Shown: positions 19,775-30,600, numbered from the stretch's first letter. The stretch is 64,000 nucleotides of DNA from Thermoanaerobaculia bacterium (GCA_038230535.1 JBBRNB010000017.1:2728-66727); one strand, 5' to 3'. Notes: a model not told the origin generated them from the sequence alone. Numbers and translations are program-made.

Positions 19775-22036
19775 ATGAAACGCTCGATCCTGGCAGCCCT
19801 CACCCTGGTTCTTCTCGCAGCCACTTCGTTTGCCGCGGTTTCGGGCGAACGGCCCATCTCCGAGCCTGCCTACGGCCCACCTCCAGGATACCGGTACGGC
19901 GCCGCTTCGGCGTCGGACGGACACGACTTCATGGTGGTCTGGATCGATGCGTGGCGCAACCCGGCAAGCGCCAGGCAGATCTACGCGGCGCGCATGAATG
20001 CCGCGGGCGAAGCACTCGACCCCCTCGGCATCCGCCTTCCGGCCGACAAGGCGCAGGACCGGGTCGACATCGTCTTCCTCGGCAATTCATACCTCGTCTA
20101 TTGGGATGAGCGTTCCGCGATCACGCCGGGCTCGAACTCTCTCATGGGGGCCCGCATCAGCCGCGACGGTGTCCTGCTCGATTCCAAGCCCCGCATGCTC
20201 GCCGATCGCGCAACCGTCAGCGTGCACGGCTCCGCCAGCAACGGCAATCGCACCGTGATCGCCTACGTCACCTCGGATCGCAGCCTGATGATCGTCCTCG
20301 ACCGCGATGGCAACCTGGTGAGCGGACCGAAACCGTTCACGTCGCAAGGGGCTCCGGCCGCGTCCGAGTTCTCCATGGTGGCGTCAAACGGACGCGAGTT
20401 TCTGGTGATCTCGATCCGCGGCGCCGTGCTTTACCCGGCACGGCTCGACGCAAATGGCGACCCGGTCGCACCTTCCACTGTGTCGGTGACGACGGCCACG
20501 TCGCTTTTCGACCTGGCCTCAGACGGTGACAGTTACGTTGCAATCGTCCAGCAGCCAACCGGCCCCATCGCGCAACACATCAGCGCGGCCGGTGCAGTAC
20601 TGGAGACGTGGCCGGTTCCGATCCAGGTGATCCTCTCCGGATTCGCGTTCACGAGCGGCTCCTATCTGCTGATGGATGGCGATCCTGTGAAAGGGACGAA
20701 CGGTGTCCGCCGCCTGGACCGCACCGGACAGCCGGTTGGTTCGTACGTCACCGTTTCGAATGTCCAGATCATCGGCGGCGGGGCTGCATTGGCATCCAAC
20801 GGTTCCGACGCAGCGTTCTTCTGGGCCGATTCGGTCTCGAACTTACAAGTGTTCTCCGGCGCCCTGCTCAACGGGCAATCGCTGGCTGCCGCAAAGACCT
20901 CGGCAATCGCGCGCAGCGCCAATTCCCAGTACGCGCCAGCCGCGGCAACGAGCGGACGCAACACAGCCGTCGTCTGGAACGAAACCGGCGGTCTCTATGC
21001 CGCCCGTATCTCTCTCGACGGGCAGACGCTCGACGGCCGCGGGATACGCGTTGGCGACAGGAGCCTGACGGACCCGCGCATCGTCTACGACGGAACCAAC
21101 TATCTCATCGCCTGGACCGAGCAGGTATCCACGCCGATGATGATGACCATGGACACCGTGAAGCTGGCGCGCCTGTCGCCCGACAGCGGTGCGCTACTCC
21201 CAGGAATCATCGTTTTTGCGGGCAAGTGCGCGAACGGTGTGACGCTCTCCGCTGGTCCGGCCTCGACCCTGGTGGCGTTGTCCGATTGCGAGCACGTCAT
21301 TGCCACGACGTTCGGTCATGACGGTAGCCTCAGCACCGCCGTGACCGTTACGCCTCCGCAGACAACCAACACCGGCAGCGTTTCCGCGGCATGGAACGGA
21401 CACGAGTGGCTGGTCGTGTGGGAGGACGATCTGCCTCCCGGTTTCGGCTGGGATCCGCCGATCATTTATGACGTGCGGATCTACGCGTCGCGTCTATCGC
21501 CGGCGCTCACCGTACTCGACCCCAATCCGATCGTGGTCTCGAACACGCTTCGTGACAGCCGGCCGCAGGTGGCATCGAACGGCGAAGCTTTCCTCGTGGT
21601 CTGGACCGGATACGTAACCAGCGACCCGGCTCCGTACCGTGTCATGGCACAGCGGGTCTCGTCCGATGGCTCTCTCCTTGCGCAGGCCAACGGCGTCCGT
21701 GTGGCGTACGGAACGACGAAGAGTCTCGCCTGGGACGGCGCGCAATACGACGTGGCGCTGTCGTCGTATTTCTCCACCGGGCCGGCTGCAATTGCAACGT
21801 TCACCTACAACCTGTATGTCACGCACGTCGCCGCCGCCGGTCCGATTGAGAGCCTCCTCCCGCTGTCCGTGGTCACGAACCCGATGGACCCCGATGCAGC
21901 GCTGGTCGTCACCGGAGCCGGCAGCACATCGGCCATCTACACCCGCATCGGCACCGAGCCGCAGTACGGCGACGTGGCGCGAGCATTCGTGAGTGCTCTG
22001 CACGCCTTGCGCGGACGCGCGGCCGGGCCGCGATAG
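19775..22036 (+). CDS. Secreted repeat protein, paralog 3
   Basis: An AAGGAG Shine-Dalgarno precedes the start (MKRSILAALTLVLLAATSFAAVSGERPIS). It has the blade repeats and the C-terminal YTRIGTEPQYGDVARAFV. Confidence 0.7.
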   Translation: MKRSILAALTLVLLAATSFAAVSGERPISEPAYGPPPGYRYGAASASDGHDFMVVWIDAWRNPASARQIYAARMNAAGEALDPLGIRLPADKAQDRVDIVFLGNSYLVYWDERSAITPGSNSLMGARISRDGVLLDSKPRMLADRATVSVHGSASNGNRTVIAYVTSDRSLMIVLDRDGNLVSGPKPFTSQGAPAASEFSMVASNGREFLVISIRGAVLYPARLDANGDPVAPSTVSVTTATSLFDLASDGDSYVAIVQQPTGPIAQHISAAGAVLETWPVPIQVILSGFAFTSGSYLLMDGDPVKGTNGVRRLDRTGQPVGSYVTVSNVQIIGGGAALASNGSDAAFFWADSVSNLQVFSGALLNGQSLAAAKTSAIARSANSQYAPAAATSGRNTAVVWNETGGLYAARISLDGQTLDGRGIRVGDRSLTDPRIVYDGTNYLIAWTEQVSTPMMMTMDTVKLARLSPDSGALLPGIIVFAGKCANGVTLSAGPASTLVALSDCEHVIATTFGHDGSLSTAVTVTPPQTTNTGSVSAAWNGHEWLVVWEDDLPPGFGWDPPIIYDVRIYASRLSPALTVLDPNPIVVSNTLRDSRPQVASNGEAFLVVWTGYVTSDPAPYRVMAQRVSSDGSLLAQANGVRVAYGTTKSLAWDGAQYDVALSSYFSTGPAAIATFTYNLYVTHVAAAGPIESLLPLSVVTNPMDPDAALVVTGAGSTSAIYTRIGTEPQYGDVARAFVSALHALRGRAAGPR

Positions 22037-22062
22037 CGGCGATCAGGAAAAAGGAAGGTCCA

Positions 22063-24330
22063 ATGAAACGCTCAGTTGCCATCGCCATCTCATTGCTGTC
22101 TCTCGCTGTCGCCTCGTTCGCCGAAGTAGCGGGCGAACGGCCCGTTTCGGATCCAGCGTACGGCATCGCCCCAGGTCAGCGAAACTATGCGGCCGCTGCA
22201 TCAGATGGACAGAATTTTCTGGTGGCGTGGATCGACGTCCAGCGCAACCGATCCAACATCATCAGCCAGGTCTATGCCTCGCGAATGAGCGCCGGCGGTG
22301 ATGCGCTCGACCCGCTCGATATCCGCCTTCCCGCATCCCAACAGTCCCGCTTCAGAATCTCCCGGGTGGGAGTGGTTTTTCTCGGCGGGTCGTATCTGGT
22401 CTACTGGCTCGACGTTTCCCCAATCTCACCGGGATGGGCGGCGGTGATGGGTGCACGCATCAGCCGTGATGGCGTTTTGCTCGACTCGGCTCCACGAGTG
22501 CTGGTCAATCAGGCCGACGCTCTCAGCGCGCACGGTGCCGCAAGTAACGGCAACCGCACCATCGTCGCCGCCGGCAATCTGATGACTGTGCTCGACCGCG
22601 ACGGAAACGTCGTGAGCGGGCCGAAGTCCTACACCGGAGGGACCATCTTCGATGCCCTTGTGACCTCGAATGGTCACGACTTCATGGTGATCTGGCAGCA
22701 AAGTAGCGTCATCCGTTCGGCCAGATTCGACGAAAACGGCAACCAGCTCTCCACCTCGTCCATCACCACCGTCTCCGGGCTGATCGCGCTCGTTGATCTC
22801 GCATCGGACGGCGACGGCTATGTCGCAGTCATCGACCACGGAAATGGGCTCGTTGCCCATCACATCGCCGCGACCGGCGAGGCGCTGGAGACGTGGCCAC
22901 TTCCGACACAGTTCTCCTCGGTGCAGCACACATTCCCCGGGTTCGTGTTCACGGGGGGCTCGTATCTGCTCATGGATTGCGATTTGCACCAAAACACGAT
23001 CGGAGCACGGCGTCTCGACCACACCGGCCAACCCTCCGGGGGTTACGTCCCTGCGGTCTCTTATCCCTGTGACGGTACGACAGGAACGCTCGCTTCCAAC
23101 GGCTCCGGTACTGGGATGTTCTGGGCATCAGGAGACTATTGGGCTGAATCTCTCAACGGTGCTGTGATGAGCGGACAGGCACTCACCACCTCGAAGACTT
23201 CGACGTTCGGTCACAGCGCGAGAGAGCAGACTAATCCTGCCGCGGCAACGAGCGGCCGCAACAGCGCCGTCGTCTGGAATGAGTACGACGGCTTGTACGC
23301 CGGCCGGATCGGCATCGACGGAGCGATGCTCGATGGACGCGGGATCCGTATCAGCGGCCGGAGGAGTACCACGCCGCCGCAGATCGTCTACGACGGCGCG
23401 AACTACCTCATCGGCTGGACCGAGGTGTCATCGGCTACTCCGGTCAAACAGCAGGTGAAGCTCGCGCGGGTCGCGCCAGACAGCGGCGTCCTCCTCTACC
23501 CCTCAGGCATTCTCGTCGCTACGGGGCAGTGCGGCATCGGGGGAGTGACGCTTTCGCCCGGCGTGACGTCGACGTTGGTGGCGTGGTCGGATTGCACGCG
23601 CGTTCTCGCCACCACCGCCAGTCAGGGATTCTCTTCCGGCAACCTTGTTACGGTCACGACGACGGAATCGACGCACAGCGCAGGCAGGGTCTCCGCGGCA
23701 TGGAACGGCAGCGAATGGCTCTTGGCCTGGCAGGAATTGATACCGCACAACAACGGTCCTCTCGACGAGTTCCCATCGGTGGACACGTTGATCAACGCCT
23801 CCCGATTGTCGTCATCGCTCACGGTGCTCGACCCAGCTCCTATCGCCGTGACCAACACGCTCAATGTCAGCCTCCCGTTCGTGGCCTCCGACGGTCATAG
23901 CTTCCTGGTAGCCTGGTCGCGCTCCGAAAGCACTCCCCCTCACAGCAGCACGATGATCCAGCGAATCTCCTCCGACGGTTCTCTCCTGGCCCAGGCCAAC
24001 GGAGTCCGCCTGGCTCCCGGCAATACGAAGAGCGTCGTCTGGGATGGCGCGCGGTACGCGGTGGCCATCTCGTCATTCCTGGACAACGGGCAGGGTTCCC
24101 CGGCCTACACCCTCTTCGTCACACATGTCGCCGCAGCCGGTTCGATCGAGAGCCTTCAGCCGCTCGCGTTCATCACGACCACGATTGACCCGGACGCGTC
24201 GCTGATCGTCACCGGAACGGGCAGCACGGCCGCCGTCTACACCCGAGTCGGCTCGGAGGCGCAGTATGGCGATGTCGAGCGCGCGTTCGTGAGCCTGCCG
24301 CACACATTGCGGGGGCGGGCAGCGCGCTAA
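22063..24330 (+). CDS. Secreted repeat protein, paralog 4
   Basis: The N-terminus is MKRSVAIAISLLSLAVASFAEVAGERPVS. It has the blade repeats and the C-terminal YTRVGSEAQYGDVERAFV. Confidence 0.7.
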   Translation: MKRSVAIAISLLSLAVASFAEVAGERPVSDPAYGIAPGQRNYAAAASDGQNFLVAWIDVQRNRSNIISQVYASRMSAGGDALDPLDIRLPASQQSRFRISRVGVVFLGGSYLVYWLDVSPISPGWAAVMGARISRDGVLLDSAPRVLVNQADALSAHGAASNGNRTIVAAGNLMTVLDRDGNVVSGPKSYTGGTIFDALVTSNGHDFMVIWQQSSVIRSARFDENGNQLSTSSITTVSGLIALVDLASDGDGYVAVIDHGNGLVAHHIAATGEALETWPLPTQFSSVQHTFPGFVFTGGSYLLMDCDLHQNTIGARRLDHTGQPSGGYVPAVSYPCDGTTGTLASNGSGTGMFWASGDYWAESLNGAVMSGQALTTSKTSTFGHSAREQTNPAAATSGRNSAVVWNEYDGLYAGRIGIDGAMLDGRGIRISGRRSTTPPQIVYDGANYLIGWTEVSSATPVKQQVKLARVAPDSGVLLYPSGILVATGQCGIGGVTLSPGVTSTLVAWSDCTRVLATTASQGFSSGNLVTVTTTESTHSAGRVSAAWNGSEWLLAWQELIPHNNGPLDEFPSVDTLINASRLSSSLTVLDPAPIAVTNTLNVSLPFVASDGHSFLVAWSRSESTPPHSSTMIQRISSDGSLLAQANGVRLAPGNTKSVVWDGARYAVAISSFLDNGQGSPAYTLFVTHVAAAGSIESLQPLAFITTTIDPDASLIVTGTGSTAAVYTRVGSEAQYGDVERAFVSLPHTLRGRAAR

Positions 24331-24380
24331 TTGCCTCGTAGTTCAGGAGGCGGCGCTGAAACAGGCTAAAATCCGGCATC

Positions 24381-25118
24381 ATGACGACGACAATCGAGCC
24401 TCAAACGCAACCCGCGCACACCGAAGCCCCGGCGCTCCAGCGCCAGTTCGTCAACTTCATGTTCTTCAAGGCCGACCGCGCCCTCCGGCGTGAGAGCGCC
24501 GAGGTGAAGGAACAGGCCAAACGCGAATTCGTGGAGATCGTCCGCCGCCACACCGGCCCGATGATGGTCCTGCCGTACTCCACCGTCGGCCTGAAGCCGA
24601 ACACGGACTTCATGTTCTGGCGCATCGGCTACGACATCGACCCCTTCCAGCAGATGGCGGCCGACATCAACAAGTCGATCCTCGGCCGGTACCTGGACAT
24701 CCCGGTGTCGTACTTCTCGATGACCAAGCATTCGCAGTACGTCGACGAGCACGTTCACGAAGGGCAGGAAGGGCGGCGACTGAAGATCGTCCCAGGCAAG
24801 AAACCGTTCCTCTTTGTCTATCCGTTCGTGAAGACTCGCGACTGGTACCTGCTCCCGCAGAGCGACCGCCAGCGGATCATGAGCGAGCACATCGCCATCG
24901 GCCACAAGTACCCGCGCGTGAAGATCAACACGACCTATTCGTTCGGCCTCGACGACCAGGATTTCGTCGTCGCTTTCGAAGCCGATTCCGCCGCCGAGTT
25001 CCTCGACCTTGTTCAGGAGCTCCGCGAGACGGAGTCGTCGAAGTTCACCCTGCGCGATACGCCGATGTACACGTGCCGGAGATCGACGATCGAGGAGATT
25101 CTGGACTCGCTGGCGTAG
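24381..25118 (+). CDS. Chlorite dismutase family protein (HemQ / coproheme decarboxylase-like)
   Basis: The Cld/HemQ fold signature is recognised and length is typical at 245 aa. Confidence 0.7.
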   Translation: MTTTIEPQTQPAHTEAPALQRQFVNFMFFKADRALRRESAEVKEQAKREFVEIVRRHTGPMMVLPYSTVGLKPNTDFMFWRIGYDIDPFQQMAADINKSILGRYLDIPVSYFSMTKHSQYVDEHVHEGQEGRRLKIVPGKKPFLFVYPFVKTRDWYLLPQSDRQRIMSEHIAIGHKYPRVKINTTYSFGLDDQDFVVAFEADSAAEFLDLVQELRETESSKFTLRDTPMYTCRRSTIEEILDSLA

Positions 25119-25140
25119 GGCAAGGGTCTGAAGTCAAGCA

Positions 25141-25199
25141 CCCCTCATCCGCCTTCGGATCGGGGCATACCTTAACTCAAGACCATTTTGAGTTAGGGG
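25141..25199. terminator. Two adjacent hairpins between convergent genes (bidirectional terminator candidate)
   Basis: Stem pairs are CCCC..ATCCG cctt CGGAT..GGGG and CCTTAACTCAA gaccatt TTGAGTTAGGG. Confidence 0.4.
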
Positions 25200-25204
25200 A
25201 CCGC

Positions 25205-25426
25205 TCAGTACCGCGACACCAACGGGAACTCATCGGGATGGTCGATTGACCGGACCGACAAATCGACGTCCAGCTCGGGCCAGAAGAGGTGATCGTCACT
25301 GGGCCATTCGACGTTGACGAGTTTCGCTACGGGCGCGTCCGCAAACCACGGGAAGTTGGCAAACGACAGGAAAACCTCACGATCGCGCAGCCACAGCCAG
25401 AGACCGTGCCGCGAAATGTTCGTCAC
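25205..25426 (-). CDS. DUF2442 family protein (partner of DUF4160)
   Basis: A GTG start lies immediately after the DUF4160 stop. The usual DUF4160 then DUF2442 order is kept. Confidence 0.55.
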   Translation of the reverse strand: MTNISRHGLWLWLRDREVFLSFANFPWFADAPVAKLVNVEWPSDDHLFWPELDVDLSVRSIDHPDEFPLVSRY

Positions 25427-25427
25427 C

Positions 25428-25667
25428 TCAACGTCCGAAGTGACGTTTCCACGCTGTCCGGATCTGTCCGTCATGAGATCGAATCGCTTCCTCGATGGTG
25501 GTTAACTCTCGCGCCGGAATGCCGTGATTCTCCGCAATCTCGATCGCCGGCTCCATCCAAAACTTAGCCTCGCCCTCGGATGATCCAATGTGAACGTGCA
25601 TGCGCGGTTCTTCGCGTGAGAAAAAGTAGAACCGATACGGCCCTTCTCGAAAGATCGTAGGGCTCAA
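25428..25667 (-). CDS. DUF4160 family protein
   Basis: At 79 aa with the motif FYFFSREEPRMHVH..GEAKFW, it is typical of DUF4160. Confidence 0.65.
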   Translation of the reverse strand: MSPTIFREGPYRFYFFSREEPRMHVHIGSSEGEAKFWMEPAIEIAENHGIPARELTTIEEAIRSHDGQIRTAWKRHFGR

Positions 25668-25799
25668 CGTTCGCTCACCGTAAAGACTAGGCTACAACGC
25701 GTTGCAACTCATGTCTACGCATGCAGCATCTGCGTCAATCTGCGGATCGGTCTCCTTGTTCATCTATGCTACCAACTGTTCAACTACCGGAGGCCTTGC

Positions 25800-27071
25800 C
25801 TGATCGATCGAAACACCGCCATCGCCTGTCTTCTGGCCGCGATCCTTTTCATCGGTTGTCGTCCCGCCGAGCACGCCAGGCCGGTACCAGAGGGGACATG
25901 GCGCGCGGTGCTGACCTCCCCTGGCGGTGAGTTGCCCTTCACGTTGCGCATCGTTCGTGAAGGCGCCGGTCTGAATGCGGTCATCGTGAACGGCGCCGAG
26001 CAGCGGCCGGCGAGCGGAGTCGACGTCAACGCAAAATCGCTGAGGATTCGCTTCGATGGATACGACTCCGCGATCGATGCCACTCTCTCCGAAGACGGCA
26101 GCGCGATGACCGGAGCTTGGACCAGGACGGTTCCTTCCGGCATGTCACGTATGACCTTTCGCGCCACCCGTGGCGACCAGCCGCGGTTTCGGCCGGCGGC
26201 GCCCGCCGGTCCCAGCGCACCCGGCGGCGACGTCAGTGGGATCTGGAAGGCGGAGTTCGCCGACTCGGATGGCGTCTCTCCGGCTCGCGGCGAGTTTCAT
26301 CAGGATCCGGGCACGAGCCGCGTCACCGGCACGTTCCTCACTCCGACTGGCGACGATCGGTATCTCGAGGGGTCCTTTGAGAATGGCTTGCTTCGGCTCT
26401 CGACATTCGACGGAGCGCACGCGTTCCTGTTTCAGGCGCGCGCGTCAGGCGACGGCAGGCTGGCCGGCGACTACTGGTCGCGGGACTCCTACCACGCCAC
26501 CTGGAGCGCCACTCGTGCCGGCGACGCGAGCGCCACGCTGCCCGACGGCTGGAGGGATGTCGGCCTGACCAATACGGAAGGACGGTTCCAGTTCCAGTTT
26601 CCCGGCCTCGATGGGAAACCTGTCTCGCTGAGCGACGAGCGCTTTCGAGGGAAGGTGGTCCTGGTCAACATCTTCGGATCGTGGTGCCCGAACTGCAACG
26701 ACGAAGCGCCGCTGCTGGCGGCGTGGGACCACAAGTATCGCGGTCAGGGTCTGGAGATCGTCGGGCTGGCGTACGAGTTCACCGGCAACGCCGCACGCGA
26801 TCGCGAAATGGTGCGGCGTTTCGCGAAGCACTACGGGATCTCCTACACGCTTCTTCTCGCCGGCGTGAGCGACAAGCACAAAGCCTCGGCCACGCTCCCC
26901 GACCTGACCCGGGTCCTCGCTTATCCCACGTCTCTCTTCATCGGGCGCGACGGCAAAGTGAAGAAGATCTACTCCGGCTTCTCCGGTCCCGGAACCGGCA
27001 CGCACTTCGATCAGCTCCGCAACGAGATGGACTCACTCATCGCGTCGATGCTCGCCGAGGGGAGACGTTGA
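25800..27071 (+). CDS. TlpA-like thiol:disulfide oxidoreductase lipoprotein (thioredoxin fold, WCPNC)
   Basis: The C-terminal Trx domain has WCPNC. Upstream in frame is the lipoprotein signal LIDRNTAIACLLAAILFIGC, preceded by a GGAGG Shine-Dalgarno, but with no ATG/GTG/TTG. The likely start is CTG 25800 or ATC 25803; the minimal ORF is 25908-27071. Confidence 0.6.
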   Translation: MIDRNTAIACLLAAILFIGCRPAEHARPVPEGTWRAVLTSPGGELPFTLRIVREGAGLNAVIVNGAEQRPASGVDVNAKSLRIRFDGYDSAIDATLSEDGSAMTGAWTRTVPSGMSRMTFRATRGDQPRFRPAAPAGPSAPGGDVSGIWKAEFADSDGVSPARGEFHQDPGTSRVTGTFLTPTGDDRYLEGSFENGLLRLSTFDGAHAFLFQARASGDGRLAGDYWSRDSYHATWSATRAGDASATLPDGWRDVGLTNTEGRFQFQFPGLDGKPVSLSDERFRGKVVLVNIFGSWCPNCNDEAPLLAAWDHKYRGQGLEIVGLAYEFTGNAARDREMVRRFAKHYGISYTLLLAGVSDKHKASATLPDLTRVLAYPTSLFIGRDGKVKKIYSGFSGPGTGTHFDQLRNEMDSLIASMLAEGRR

Positions 27072-27502
27072 ATCGTTCCGGTAAGGTGGCACGGATCGAG
27101 GACTTCGAGCCCGGGCAGCATGTCAGCTTCAGCAAGACGTTCACGGAGGACGACGTACGGCGGTTCATCGAGATCACGAGCGATGTGAATCCGCTCCACG
27201 TCGATGACGAGTTCGCCGCGGGTACGCCGTTCGGGCGCCGCATCCTCCACGGAATGCTGACGGCATCGATCCTCTCGACGATGGCCGGCATGCTGTTACC
27301 GGGAACAGGCGCGATTTACCGTTCCCAGACGATCAGGTTCCTGCTCCCGGTCTACATCGACGAAACAGTGACCGCGCATTTCGTCGTCCGATCCGTCGAT
27401 CGTGACAAGCACCGCCTCGAGATCGATACCTGGATCGAGAACGCTGCCGGACAGCACGTCATCGAAGGGATGTGCGAAGCGGGGCTGCTGCGTTCTGTGT
27501 AG
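27068..27502 (+). CDS. MaoC-like (R)-specific enoyl-CoA hydratase / hot-dog fold dehydratase
   Basis: The MaoC signature (EDDVRRFIEITSDVNPLHVDDEFA) is present. A TTG start overlaps the upstream stop. Confidence 0.7.
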   Translation: MNRSGKVARIEDFEPGQHVSFSKTFTEDDVRRFIEITSDVNPLHVDDEFAAGTPFGRRILHGMLTASILSTMAGMLLPGTGAIYRSQTIRFLLPVYIDETVTAHFVVRSVDRDKHRLEIDTWIENAAGQHVIEGMCEAGLLRSV

Positions 27503-27635
27503 GGCCGCCGCCCCCGGCGGCCGGGTACATACCTGGTGCAGAGAAGGCCGCCGAGGGCGGCGGCCCTGCACGAGGTACCGGCTGGTGGAGGTTCGCTGGC
27601 TTCGTCGAATGCGCCGTACCTTTCCAACCCCAGCC

Positions 27636-30600
27636 TCACGCCTGCGCTGAGCGGCTGCCGAGGTACCGTTGAAGGACTTCGGTGAGACTGGTGAGGCTCA
27701 CTGGTTTGGTCATGTAGTCGTTGGCGCCGGCGGCGAGGCACTTCTCACCGTCGCCTCCCATTGCGAAAGCGGTGAGCGCGACGATCGGGGTCTTTTTCAT
27801 CGCCGTGTTCTCGCGGATGCGGCGGATGGCTTCGAGGCCGTCGAGACGCGGCATCTGAATGTCCATGAAGATCAGCGCGGGGCGGATCTCCAGAGCACGT
27901 TCGACCGCTTCGAAGCCGTCCCCGGCCACGACAATCGGGTAGCCGCGGCTGCCGATGAAGTCGCGCATCACTTCGATGTTGGATGTATTGTCCTCGGCGA
28001 GCAGGATGACGGCGCTCTTCCACGGCTCGATCGCCTCCTCGAGACTCCACAGCGATGGGACGACGCGCCGGACCGCGGCCTCCAGGCGGTCGTAAGTGAT
28101 CGGCTTCACGACATAGCCGGCTGCGCCGAGGGCGCGTCCGCGGGGCTCGTCATCGACGACCGAGACGACAATGACGGGGATCTGCCGTGTGTCCGCCGCC
28201 GCTTTCAGTTCCCCGAGGATGAACCAGCCGGACTCCTGATCGAGTACTACGTCGAGGACGATCAAGGCGGGCATGAGTTCTCTGGCCAGATCGACGGCGG
28301 CTCGACCATTGTCGTGAATCACGATCGCGAACCCGATGGTCCGGAGGTAGCGAATGACCTGCTCGGCCGTGCTGGGATCGTCTTCGACTACCAACGCCAG
28401 CAGTGGCACATTCTCCGGCAGCGGCCGTACCGGCAATTTCACCGCGGCTGGAATTGGAGCCGCTGTTTCGGGACGACGCCAGGGAAGTGTTACCGTGAAA
28501 CGGCTACCCTGCCCGAGGACGCTCTCGACCTCCACGCTCCCGTCGTGGAGCGCCGTCATCCGCCTTACGAGTGACAGGCCGAGTCCTGTACCGGAGAACT
28601 GCCGCGCGTAGCTGCTTTCGAGTTGCACGAACGGTTCGAACAGTTGGTCCATCGACCCGGCCGCGATACCGATTCCGGTATCCCACACAGTGAATTGGAC
28701 GAGGTTCTGCTCCGCCGAGCAGGTCACATCAAGTCCGACCGCGCCTCCTTCAGGCGTGAACTTCACAGCGTTCGAAAGGAGGTTGACCAGGATCTGCTTG
28801 AGTCTGCGGTCATCGGCGTTCAGCGTCATGACGCCCGGGTCGATGCTGATGGTTAGTCTCAGCCCCTTTCTGGCCGCGTGCTCGCGCACCATGCGCACCG
28901 AGGCATCGCAGACCGCTTTGACGCCGACCGGCGCGATGGCGATCTCCAGCTTGCCCGCCTCGATTTTCGAGAGGTCGAGGATGTCATTGATCAGATCGAG
29001 CAGGTGTCTGCCGCTCTCCTCGATCGTTTTCAGCGACTTCCTCTGACGTTCATTCAGGCCGCCGTGGATTCCTTCCTCCAGGACTTCCGACATCCCCAGG
29101 ATGGCGTTGAGCGGAGTGCGCAGCTCGTGACTCATATTTGCCAGGAACTCGTCTTTCAGGCCGCCGGCCCGCAACAGCGCTTCGTTGGCGGATGCCAGCT
29201 CCTCGGTACGCAATTCCAACTGACGGTTGACGCTGGCCAGTTGCCGCGTCCGTTCCTCCACCCGGTCTTCGAGCTCGACATTCAACTCACGCAGCTCGTT
29301 CGCCACTTTTTGACGTTCGGCGATCTCGCGTCTGGCATCGCCGTAGAGCCTGGCGTTGTCGATGGCCACGGAGGCAAGTTGGGCGAATCGCTCGACGATC
29401 TCGATCTGCTCCAGAGTGAATGGCTGATCGGGCTCCTTGTGAGCCATGCCGATCACGCCGGTGACTTCGTCACCCGAGAGCAGCGGGACGGCGAACGCGG
29501 CATGGATCTCGATCTCGACGTTGAGCCTTCGGCCGGGCCATCTGGCGACGTCGGGAATCGAGAGTGTCTGCCCGCTTTCCCACACCCGGCCGGAGAGTCC
29601 CTCACCTCTCCTGGTCTCGGCCGTTCTGTCAGCGAAAATGCCCGAGCCTGTAGCCTGTACGAGCACGTCGCGATCGTGGTCTACGATCATCACGAATACA
29701 TCCTCGGATTCTGTGATGGCGGCACAGCGATTGGCGATTCCGCGCAAGAGGTCCGAGAGATCGAGCCGGTTGATGAGGCCTAACGCAGTCTCATGCAAGG
29801 CCGAGAGATAGTCGTTCTGGCGCAGGACCGCGAGCTCGGCGCGCTTTCGCTCGCCGATGTCGGTGCCGACGAAGAAGACGAATTCCGCTTCATCCGCGGC
29901 CGAGAGAACCGGGCGGCCATGCCATTCGATGAGCAGAATTCTCCCGTCGCGCGAACGCAGTTGCTGCTCGGAGGTGGCCGGCATCATCGATTCCGCCACC
30001 GCCCGCAGCACCGCGCGGGCGCCCGGCTGATCCTCGGGCACGACAAACTCGGAGACGAAATCGACGTCATGAACCGCCTCGCGCGAGCACCCAAGCGCAG
30101 CCAGCAGCGCCTCGTTCATCATCAGCACGCGCCCGTCGAGCGCCACGGCGATGAAAAACGCGGGCGAAGACTCGATCAGACTCTGGCTGAAGTGCGTCTC
30201 CCGGATCAGGCGCGCCTCAGCCCGCCTGCGGTCGGTGATGTCCTCGCCGATGGTGGCTGTTCCAATCGGTTCCCCCGAGGCGGAGCGGAGCAGCGTGGCG
30301 CTCCACTGAATGAGCCGCCTCTCACCCGACCTGGTCATGATCTCGGATGCGCGATGCCACGAGTCCGGCGGTTCAGCCAGCTTCGTCGTGAAGCGGTCTC
30401 GCATTGCGCCGATCTCTTCTGGCGGGAAGAAGCGTTCGAATACGTCGCTGCCGGTCACCTCGTGCCGTTGCCAGCCGGTCAGACGCAGAAAATAGTCGTT
30501 GCAGTAGATGAGGCGTGCTTCGCGGTCGACCATGATCGAGACCAGTTCCAGATTGTCGAGCATCTCCCGGAACCGCGCCTCGCTTTCACGCAGTGCCTCC

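Noticed and set aside
26681-27067. Long N-terminal extension of the MaoC dehydratase ORF
   Set aside because: It overlaps the TlpA-like gene in another frame. The MaoC domain begins at the TTG 27068, coupled to the upstream stop.
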